Of a stretch of 24,000 nucleotides of DNA, positions 16,322-23,033 are shown piece after piece. The notes beneath the pieces were generated by a model. It was not told where the DNA came from and made no database searches. It saw nothing but the letters and a program-made list of their open reading frames with translations. The translations under genes and the position numbers were made by a program. This DNA comes from an uncultured Synergistaceae bacterium (lineage in GTDB: Bacteria; Synergistota; Synergistia; Synergistales; Dethiosulfovibrionaceae). The first letter of the stretch is position 1, and every line of letters begins with the position of its first letter. The stretch is taken from contig CAZDXA010000007.1 of NCBI GenBank assembly GCA_964509435.1, positions 53,059 to 77,058 on the forward strand. Reading direction: 5' to 3'.

Positions 16322-16369
16322 GAAAGTTCGGAATTCCGTCCCAATCTGCGGAATTCCGAACTTTTTTTC
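16322..16369. terminator. Strong bidirectional terminator closing the ribosomal operon and the convergent nitroreductase gene
   Basis: AGTTCGGAATTCCG (16325-16338) pairs with CGGAATTCCGAACT (16349-16362). T7 follows on the plus strand and TTTCTTTTTT on the minus strand. Confidence 0.85.
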
Positions 16370-16372
16370 TGT

Positions 16373-16398
16373 CAGCGCCGGCCTAGCGGCCGGCGCTG
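16373..16398. terminator. Second GC-rich hairpin next to the nitroreductase stop
   Basis: CAGCGCCGGCC-tagc-GGCCGGCGCTG, a perfect 11-bp stem, 5 nt from the stop at 16403. It has no U-tract of its own and probably acts together with the adjacent terminator. Confidence 0.45.
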
Positions 16399-16402
16399 TA
16401 TT

Positions 16403-17050
16403 TTATTCACCGCCCCGCGGCCCGAGCGACTGGGTCAGCAGAATTACCTGCTCTCTGCTCAACCTGAGGCGTTTTCCAAGCCTGCCGCGGTCGAACGATC
16501 CGCGAACCACGCAGGCCCAGTTCCTTGAAGCAGCATAAAGCGAGGCGTTCTGGCAGGCCTCTCCCGCGTGAATGCAGCCCATGCCGTAAACAGCATCTTC
16601 CGGAGGGACATGTTTCAGCTTCTTCCACTGCGTTTTGTCCTGAACATATACCAGATTCACAGCTGCGTCAGCCGTAAAAGCCTGCACGCCTGTTTCGGCA
16701 CGGTAATCCCCTTTTTCAATTTCAATCAGAACGTTCCTGTGAGGATCATAACGGAAAACACCGCTTGACGTCACAGCGTAGATCTGCAGATCCTGCACAT
16801 TCAGGGCCGTCGGGTATACCAGTTTTCCGTCGGGCCGGTTCTGCCCGCCTGCTGCCCACAGAAGGTCAGAAAGCTGCTGAACCGACAGGGGGCCGTCTGC
16901 AAAAGTGCGGGTGGACCGGCGCGCCGCAAGACAGTCAAGCAGCGCCGGGCCGCCGTTTTTCACGGGCTCAGGCAGTGAAATTGTTTCTGCCGCTCCGGCT
17001 GACAGTGCCAGACCGAGGACCATCGCACAACAGACCGCAAATTTCTTCAT
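16403..17050 (-). CDS. Nitroreductase-fold (SagB/ThcOx-like) protein with N-terminal signal peptide
   Basis: MKKFAVCCAMVLGLALSAGAAE signal-peptide-like N-terminus, then RRSTRTFADGPLSVQQLSDLLWAAGGQNRPDGK..YPTALNVQDLQIY, a typical nitroreductase-family start. Confidence 0.8.
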   Translation of the reverse strand: MKKFAVCCAMVLGLALSAGAAETISLPEPVKNGGPALLDCLAARRSTRTFADGPLSVQQLSDLLWAAGGQNRPDGKLVYPTALNVQDLQIYAVTSSGVFRYDPHRNVLIEIEKGDYRAETGVQAFTADAAVNLVYVQDKTQWKKLKHVPPEDAVYGMGCIHAGEACQNASLYAASRNWACVVRGSFDRGRLGKRLRLSREQVILLTQSLGPRGGE

Positions 17051-17165
17051 GGATCATACCGCCTTTCATGTCATTTTCCATTAATTTTAGCAGTAAATTA
17101 CGGCAGCAGCTGATGCAGTTGTCCCTGCGCAGCCGTGTCTGCCATGAAAAAAACTTTCCATGCAG

Positions 17166-17206
17166 AACGGCAGTTTCCGCCACGGGGCAAAGGGGAAACT
17201 GCCGTT
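17166..17206 (-). terminator. Hairpin downstream of the dipeptidase gene
   Basis: AACGGCAGTTTCC (17166-17178) pairs with GGAAACTGCCGTT (17194-17206), 9 nt past the stop. On the minus strand the T-run (TTTTTTT) is displaced about 12 nt from the stem. Confidence 0.5.
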
Positions 17207-17214
17207 TTCTCACA

Positions 17215-18633
17215 TTAATGAAAATACTGCACCTGATGCAGGCAGGAACTCTGGTAAGTCAGCCGGTCAAGTTCCAGGAACGCGCGGATGTAGATTTTCA
17301 ATGCTGTTTTAAACTGCCTGATGCTGAATCCCTCGTCAGGGCCGTGAAGCATGCCCACAAACTCAGGGGCTTTTTCAGACATGTCATCCATGCCGAAGCC
17401 GATGGCATGCTGAAACATTCTGGCGTACGTGGTGCCGCCGATGACCTCGGCCTTTTCGCTGCGTCCGGTCACTTCGTTGCAGGCTCTCAGACAGGCCTGC
17501 AGAGGAAGGCTGTCAGGGCTGACATAAAACGGCGCCGACGATTTATCGACGGTCAGAACTGCATCAGATTCGCCGGCCAGCCGGCGCAGAGCGGCATCAA
17601 TGTTTTCGCCCCGTGCTGTCAGCGGATAGCGGATATCAATTGTCTGAGTGACCTTTCCGTCTGCCATGCGGATCGTCCCGCCGGCACAGGTCAGCGGCCC
17701 GAAAATTCCATCTTTCGCAGCGATGCCGAGGGCCGCGCCATGGCAGTCAGCAAATACTTTTCCCAGCAGGCTGAAAAATTTCTCTTCGCGCACGGAAAGA
17801 AGCTTGTTTTTCAACAGATACTTCACCAGAATCCCGATGGCGTTTTCGGTTTTCTCCGGCTCTGAGGCGTGTCCGCCCCTGCCGGCGGCTGTCAGTTCTG
17901 CCATACCGTTTCCGGCGTGAATGGTGATATGCTCGCCCGGCGGCAGCGGCCCGGCCGTTCTGATCTTCGCGGAGGCTGAACCGGGCACGGCATTGGCAGC
18001 TTCTCCGCCCTTAATGTCAATCAGATTTCCCGACAGCGCGCAGCTCTGAAGCGAAGCGGCATACATTCCCTTTTCCCCGTTGCAGGCTGGGAAAAACACG
18101 TCAGGCACAAGGCAGAACGCCGGCTCTCCATAGCGTTCCACATAATGGGGAATGTCATGCATGCCTGTTTCTTCGTTGCACCCCAGCAAAATTCGCAGTT
18201 CGTGATTCAGACCGCCGTGCTCCTTCAGAAATTTTGCCGCGTACAGCGTGATAACCGCAGCGTTTTTGTCGTCGTCAGTGCCGCGGCCGATGAGCCAGCC
18301 GTCTTTTACCGTCATGTGAAACGGGTCAAAATGCCAGCCCTTGCCGGCCGGAACCACGTCCACATGGCTGATCGAGGCCAGACAGCCGGCCGTATCCTGA
18401 CGCCCCGGCAGCCTGGCAAATCCCACATAGCCGCTGCCGTCACAGGTTTCCAGTCCGAGACGTCCGGCAATTTCAAGGGCTCTGTCAAGCGCCCGGCGCA
18501 CTTCCCTGCCGTAGGGAGAACCGGCTTCCGGCGCCGATTGAACGCTTTCTATTTCAACGAGCGACGCCAGATCGCTCAGCATTTCGTCCATGTGATTTTC
18601 GATAAATGAATCAATTTCCCGTTCAGACACCAT
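17215..18633 (-). CDS. pepV: M20A-family dipeptidase (PepV / Sapep-like)
   Basis: 472 aa with ISHVDVVPAGKGWHFDPF, DGWLIGRGTDDDK, LLGCNEETG and a C-terminal GGTYAR motif. Confidence 0.88.
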   Translation of the reverse strand: MVSEREIDSFIENHMDEMLSDLASLVEIESVQSAPEAGSPYGREVRRALDRALEIAGRLGLETCDGSGYVGFARLPGRQDTAGCLASISHVDVVPAGKGWHFDPFHMTVKDGWLIGRGTDDDKNAAVITLYAAKFLKEHGGLNHELRILLGCNEETGMHDIPHYVERYGEPAFCLVPDVFFPACNGEKGMYAASLQSCALSGNLIDIKGGEAANAVPGSASAKIRTAGPLPPGEHITIHAGNGMAELTAAGRGGHASEPEKTENAIGILVKYLLKNKLLSVREEKFFSLLGKVFADCHGAALGIAAKDGIFGPLTCAGGTIRMADGKVTQTIDIRYPLTARGENIDAALRRLAGESDAVLTVDKSSAPFYVSPDSLPLQACLRACNEVTGRSEKAEVIGGTTYARMFQHAIGFGMDDMSEKAPEFVGMLHGPDEGFSIRQFKTALKIYIRAFLELDRLTYQSSCLHQVQYFH

Positions 18634-18656
18634 GGCTCTGCCCCTTTCTAAAAGAA

Positions 18657-18685
18657 GCGGAGACCGTTGAATCAGCGGTCTCCGG
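18657..18685 (-). other. Intra-operon hairpin between membrane protein B and the dipeptidase gene
   Basis: CGGAGACCG (18658-18666), loop ttgaatcag, CGGTCTCCG (18676-18684). On the minus strand it is followed by CTTCTTTTAG and then directly by the pepV RBS and ATG, leaving no room for a separate promoter. Confidence 0.4.
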
Positions 18686-18693
18686 CCGGAAAT

Positions 18694-19443
18694 TCAGTTT
18701 TTCTCAGCGTCCTCGTCAGCTTTTTTCGCGCGGTCTGATTTGAAATACAGGTATCCAAGAAGGATTGTCGCGCCGATGGAAATTGCCTCGCCAATGTCGC
18801 TGAGCCATTCAATATCTAATTTTCTGATTGTGATCCAGATGATCACTGCAGGAACAGCCCAGGTGAGCGTTTTTTTCCAGCCTGACTCCTCGATGCGGAA
18901 CCACAGAAGCGTGCCGATCAGGGCAGGGATGACATGATCAAGGCCGACCAGCACGATTTTCGGCAGCAGCGGAACGAAATAGCTGCCTGTCAGCACCACC
19001 ACAGTCAGGACGGCGAGATTCACAAACACAGAGAAACCGACGCAGTAGGCGCTGAGAATCTGTCCGCGCGGTGTGGAGGGCTTTTCGCCAAAACGCTTCA
19101 GCACCGACTTCTGAACCGGCAGACGCACATTTTTGCAGTTGCCGGCAAGGTAGGACATGTAGGTTGCCGCGGCACCCAGCATGGGATAGTAAATGAGCGG
19201 TTCGGTGATCCACATGCCGATGCACAGCGCAAACAGCGTCGCGGTCACTGTAACGTAAATGTGCACCGGCGCCTGGTAGCCCTTCACAAAATAGAGGTAT
19301 GCAATGGGCATAAAAGAAAGCACCAGCGCGATCAGCATGGTGGAACGCCCGATCAGATGCACCCTGGCTGAATACGGGCCGTTGAAATCAGCCTGAATCT
19401 GCTCTTCTGTGTTCACAAGCGATTCATTAGCAGTGTTGTTCAT
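18694..19443 (-). CDS. Uncharacterised polytopic membrane protein B (about 7-8 hydrophobic segments)
   Basis: 249-aa ORF. AAGGAGGG RBS, 13-nt gap after the upstream gene. Multiple long hydrophobic stretches and a charged C-terminal tail (SDRAKKADEDAEKN). I recognise no family. Confidence 0.8.
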   Translation of the reverse strand: MNNTANESLVNTEEQIQADFNGPYSARVHLIGRSTMLIALVLSFMPIAYLYFVKGYQAPVHIYVTVTATLFALCIGMWITEPLIYYPMLGAAATYMSYLAGNCKNVRLPVQKSVLKRFGEKPSTPRGQILSAYCVGFSVFVNLAVLTVVVLTGSYFVPLLPKIVLVGLDHVIPALIGTLLWFRIEESGWKKTLTWAVPAVIIWITIRKLDIEWLSDIGEAISIGATILLGYLYFKSDRAKKADEDAEKN

Positions 19444-19456
19444 TGCAGTGCCCTCC

Positions 19457-20170
19457 TTAACCCATAATGGCGACGCAGATCGCCGAGGCGGTCATACCGC
19501 CGATCAGAGAAATTCCGAGAATCCAGTCGTTCAGCTTTTCGTTGCCGGTTTTCCTGACAATGGCCGTCACAGCCATGCTGCTCAGAAGCCCGAAGACAAT
19601 TCCCACAGTGTTGGAAACACCGCCTGAAGCAGTGCTCAGTCCCCAGTAGCCCATGAAGCCAAGTTCCGCAGTCATGCCCATCAGCGGCAGGAAAGAACGC
19701 TTTTTGGTGACCTGCTTCGCGGCTATTTTATCCATCGGCTTCAGTGTGAACAGCAGGTTGATCATGTAGGGTGCGCTGCCGAGGACCATGCCGTAAATGC
19801 AGCAGGTGAAGACCGCCTCGGTGAACCCCTCGCCGCCGATGGTAACGCCCATGGCATTGGCAACGACGTTGGCAAGCCAGAGTTCGTAGTCAGCGGCGCC
19901 GATAACGCCGGTGCGCATGTAAGTCACCGCCGTGCCCACCAGGTTGATCATCGCGATCACAACGACAACGACTGACAGCGACGGGCCGATTGTGGCCACT
20001 GAGGAAATTTTGGCGATTTCGCGCAGGTCGCTGGCAGAATAAAGCCCGTATTTGCGGTTGAACTTCAGCGCGTTGTGCATGAAAAGCAGCGCCTGAACAC
20101 AGACAAATCCAAGCAGAATAATCGCAAATGGCCAGATAATACGGTTTACATTGACAATTGCTTCACTCAT
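19457..20170 (-). CDS. Uncharacterised polytopic membrane protein A (about 6-7 hydrophobic segments; possibly a DUF-type family)
   Basis: 237-aa ORF with AGGAGG/GAGGAG RBS and Gly/Ala-rich hydrophobic segments. I cannot assign a family by eye. The size and composition are reminiscent of small clostridial DUF membrane families. Confidence 0.8.
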   Translation of the reverse strand: MSEAIVNVNRIIWPFAIILLGFVCVQALLFMHNALKFNRKYGLYSASDLREIAKISSVATIGPSLSVVVVVIAMINLVGTAVTYMRTGVIGAADYELWLANVVANAMGVTIGGEGFTEAVFTCCIYGMVLGSAPYMINLLFTLKPMDKIAAKQVTKKRSFLPLMGMTAELGFMGYWGLSTASGGVSNTVGIVFGLLSSMAVTAIVRKTGNEKLNDWILGISLIGGMTASAICVAIMG

Positions 20171-20230
20171 AGTCTCCTCTTGCCTCCTGTAAAGTGGATT
20201 GCTCTTTCTCTACGATCAATTTCTGCCGCA

Positions 20231-20272
20231 AAACTTATTATGAATAATATCACTATTATAATAAGTTTACAA
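20231..20272 (-). promoter_or_regulatory. Candidate promoter plus palindromic operator of the membrane A/B-dipeptidase operon
   Basis: Inverted repeat AAACTTATTAT (20231-20241) / ATAATAAGTTT (20258-20268). Minus strand reads TTGTAA (complement of 20267-20272), 17 nt, TATTAT (complement of 20244-20249). The same motif occurs at 22635-22667. Confidence 0.55.
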
Positions 20273-20378
20273 GTACATATCGCGTATTTTCGACTAATAC
20301 GTCGATAATTTATATTATCACATGATATCTATCGAAAAAAATATTTTCATTTCAGCAGCCCTGCCGGTATGCTGCATG

Positions 20379-20411
20379 AAAACAAAAAAGGCACTCCGCT
20401 GCGCGGAGCGC
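20379..20411 (-). terminator. Rho-independent terminator after the GntR gene
   Basis: Minus strand reads GCGCTCCGC-gca-GCGGAGTGC, followed by CTTTTTTGTTTTC. It starts 8 nt past the stop. Confidence 0.75.
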
Positions 20412-20418
20412 CCTGCTT

Positions 20419-21126
20419 TCAAAAGAGATATTTAAAGTGTTTTTCAAAAACGCCTTTGATAAACAGCGTATGTTCCTTCATGTAAAAATAGGCAAATTCA
20501 CCGTCATGCTTCTCTATGGCAGCTAGAATTTTGCGGTGCTGCTGATCCAGCTGTTCTGCAATGTCCTTCTGGTTTTCAGGAGAAATAATGCCTGCAGGCG
20601 CCTGATTGTTTTCAATACTGATCAGGTCATCGTAGATTTTCAGCAGTTCAGGATTATCCATGAATTCCACCAGGATTCTGTGAAAATCACGTGCTTTTCC
20701 GTATGGCGCCGATGTCTCATTCTGAACGCCGTGCAGACACGTCTTCAGACGCTCGGTCAGTTCAGGCGTTGAGTGTTCAGCTGCGGCGCGTGCTATTTCC
20801 GGTTCAAGCATCAGGCGGATCTGCGTGGACGACCTGAATCCTTTAATATAATCCTGCGCATAGCCTGCAAGTGTTTTGTTGCCATGGAGGCTGGTGATGT
20901 CAAAAAGAACGGTGCTGCCGCGCCCCCGGCAGGTCTGAATCAGCCCCGCCCGCGCAAGGATGCTCAGCGCCTTGCGGACGGTAATGCGGCTGACGCCCAG
21001 AAGGCCGATCAATTCAGTCTCTGAGGGCAGAAGCTCCCCTTTTTTATAAAGGCCTGTCATAATCCCGTTTTCAATGTATTTGACCGCCTGTTCATACAGC
21101 GTCTCAGAGCTTTTTCGCCCGGTCAT
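20419..21126 (-). CDS. GntR-family transcriptional regulator, FadR/FCD subfamily
   Basis: LPSETELIGLLGVSRITVRKALSILARAGLIQTCRGRGSTV wHTH, plus an all-helical FCD-like C-terminus. GGGAGG RBS. Confidence 0.9.
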   Translation of the reverse strand: MTGRKSSETLYEQAVKYIENGIMTGLYKKGELLPSETELIGLLGVSRITVRKALSILARAGLIQTCRGRGSTVLFDITSLHGNKTLAGYAQDYIKGFRSSTQIRLMLEPEIARAAAEHSTPELTERLKTCLHGVQNETSAPYGKARDFHRILVEFMDNPELLKIYDDLISIENNQAPAGIISPENQKDIAEQLDQQHRKILAAIEKHDGEFAYFYMKEHTLFIKGVFEKHFKYLF

Positions 21127-21158
21127 GTCATTCAGCCTCCCTGGAATTTCCGAAAATA

Positions 21159-21177
21159 CCGCCGTTCTCTCCGGCGG
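21159..21177 (-). other. Short hairpin between the MFS and GntR genes (possible attenuator)
   Basis: Minus strand reads CCGCCG-gagagaa-CGGCGG followed by TATTTTC, inside the 69-nt intergenic gap. Confidence 0.3.
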
Positions 21178-21195
21178 AACGCATCACATCAGGAA

Positions 21196-22419
21196 CTACT
21201 TCTGCCTGCCGGCAACCGCAGCCGCAGCCGCAGCGCTGAGCAGTGAGACAAACAGGCAGGTCATCCACCCTGCCGTCCAGTAACCGCGCGTGCCCAGCAG
21301 CACGCCGACCACTGCGGGCGCAATGGGATTGGGAATGTTCGAGGCACCCGAACAGAACGCCGTTCCCGCCACATTGTCCTCAGCAGAGTAAATCTCGCTG
21401 GGAAGCGCCCAGAACACTCCGGCGCTCCATGACACACCAGACATCATGGCGCAGGCCGCCAGCGTCAGAGCATAAATACTCCGCACTGCAGCCGATGAAA
21501 GCACAGCCGCAGCCGCCGCGCTCAGCACATAGCCTGCTGCCAGAATCAGACTCCGGGTTCGCACAGAATTTTCTGAGCGCGCGGCGAAAAAGTCAGACAC
21601 CCAGCCGCCCAAAATTGACGAGACAACCGTCACCACGCTGATCAGAAGCATCAGTGTGCCGGTCTGTTCATAACTGTAGCCGAGGTGCTGCGCAAACACT
21701 GACATGTCAACCGTCACTGCCTGCGCCACCCAGGTATTGGCAACGAGCATCACCACAAGCAGCCAGGTCGCCGGATTGCGGATAATTGTACCATAAACAT
21801 TCTTTTTTTTCTGCAGGCGTACTGTGCAGCCGCTGCGGGCCGGATTTTCCCGTACCGTCAGAAGAACCGGCAGGGCAAAAAGAAGGCAGATGCCGCCAAT
21901 CAGGTAAAACGACGCTCTCCATCCCGACACAGGAACAAGGCGCCCCACAGCCCACGCGCCGATGCCGGCGCCGGCCGTAAAACTGCCGTTGAAAACTGCA
22001 GTGGCAAGACCGCAGTACCTGCGATCCACCCACTGCGTGATCACCGAGATGTACAGCGGAAAAGCCAGAGCGTTCAGCCCCTGCATCCCCTTGAAGATAA
22101 ACAGCAGCGGCAGGCTGCGCAGGCTTACCGCGGCCGGCACTGAAAACTGCGACACCACCTGAAAGAGCACTCCCAGAATGATGGTGCGCCTCATACCCAG
22201 TCTCTTATAGACATACCCCGACAGAAACATGGCCGACACAAGGCACACCGCGCGCAGAGAATCGGCAATAAGCACCGTCTGCACCGGCACGCCCATCTCA
22301 CCGGCAAGATCACCGGCCACCATCGAGAACTGCGTGACCCCGGCCGGAAAGCTGAACCCCAGCAGTGACAGCAGCAGAACCAGTATCCCGGGATAACTTT
22401 TTCGTTCGTAAAGTTTCAT
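21196..22419 (-). CDS. MFS transporter
   Basis: 407 aa with about 12 hydrophobic segments, a central charged loop (RENPARSGCTVRLQKKKN) and an MFS-like G-x-x-x-x-R-L-G-M-R-R loop after TM2. Confidence 0.88.
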   Translation of the reverse strand: MKLYERKSYPGILVLLLSLLGFSFPAGVTQFSMVAGDLAGEMGVPVQTVLIADSLRAVCLVSAMFLSGYVYKRLGMRRTIILGVLFQVVSQFSVPAAVSLRSLPLLFIFKGMQGLNALAFPLYISVITQWVDRRYCGLATAVFNGSFTAGAGIGAWAVGRLVPVSGWRASFYLIGGICLLFALPVLLTVRENPARSGCTVRLQKKKNVYGTIIRNPATWLLVVMLVANTWVAQAVTVDMSVFAQHLGYSYEQTGTLMLLISVVTVVSSILGGWVSDFFAARSENSVRTRSLILAAGYVLSAAAAAVLSSAAVRSIYALTLAACAMMSGVSWSAGVFWALPSEIYSAEDNVAGTAFCSGASNIPNPIAPAVVGVLLGTRGYWTAGWMTCLFVSLLSAAAAAAVAGRQK

Positions 22420-22634
22420 CTTTAAGAAAGCCTTTCACTTTGAGATCCATAAAATTTACGCACCGTCTCAGTCCTTCCCTGTACCGCTTGTCTTTTCACA
22501 TGACCTGCCATGCCACTACAGCCGGGCACCGAAGCCGGCTGCAGTTTCGCCGTCTGACAGAGTCGTTCATGAACAGCATGGGATATTGTGCTCCGTCAGC
22601 AAATCAGAAGTGCAGTTTTGCTGAGACCCGTGTC

Positions 22635-22682
22635 GCATAACTTATTATATAGCATAATAAGTTATGCCCGCTTTTTTTGCAA
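22635..22682 (-). promoter_or_regulatory. Candidate promoter plus perfect palindromic operator upstream of the MFS-gntR operon
   Basis: GCATAACTTATTAT (22635-22648), spacer atagc, ATAATAAGTTATGC (22654-22667): perfect 14-bp arms. Minus strand reads TTGCAA (22677-22682), 17 nt, TATTAT (complement of 22654-22659). Confidence 0.55.
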
Positions 22683-22837
22683 GTCCGTTTTAGAAAAAAC
22701 AGCCGTGCCAGCTTTCAGACCGGCGAAGGTTACGGCAGTATGAGATGCCGCCGACGCTGCGGTCCTTTCTGTTTCAGCCTTTTAGATTATTTTGCTCAAT
22801 TTTATTCCATAAATTTAATTTTTATATATTCCTATCC

Positions 22838-22866
22838 TTGACATATCAGACCACTTTATTTATGAT
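22838..22866 (+). promoter_or_regulatory. Candidate sigma70 promoter of the surface-protein gene
   Basis: TTGACA (22838-22843), 17 nt, TATGAT (22861-22866), in an AT-rich region about 170 nt upstream of the ATG at 23034. Confidence 0.55.
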
Positions 22867-23033
22867 TACCTACGCTTATTTTACGATGCTGCGGCAGCGT
22901 GATGCCAATCATCTACGGACTTGTCACAGGGATCATCCGCGCAGCCTGAAAGGGAAAATCAGAAAGTTTTGCTGCAGATTGAGAGCAGAATGGGCAGACC
23001 AATTACTTAAAAAAGTGGGGAATAAACAGAAGC

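Noticed and set aside
16765-17865. 366-aa plus-strand ORF
   Set aside because: Antisense to the nitroreductase and dipeptidase genes and spanning their intergenic terminator. Arg-rich nonsense translation.
21215-21236. Tandem GCAGCC/GCCGCA triplet repeats
   Set aside because: They encode the poly-Ala C-terminal tail of the MFS transporter (LLSAAAAAAVAG). This is coding low complexity, not a repeat element.
22464-22475. CTGAGA in the MFS leader (minus strand), considered as a TPP-riboswitch core
   Set aside because: The remaining THI-box elements (the ACCTGATCTGGATAATGCCAGCG-like segment and pairing partners) are absent.
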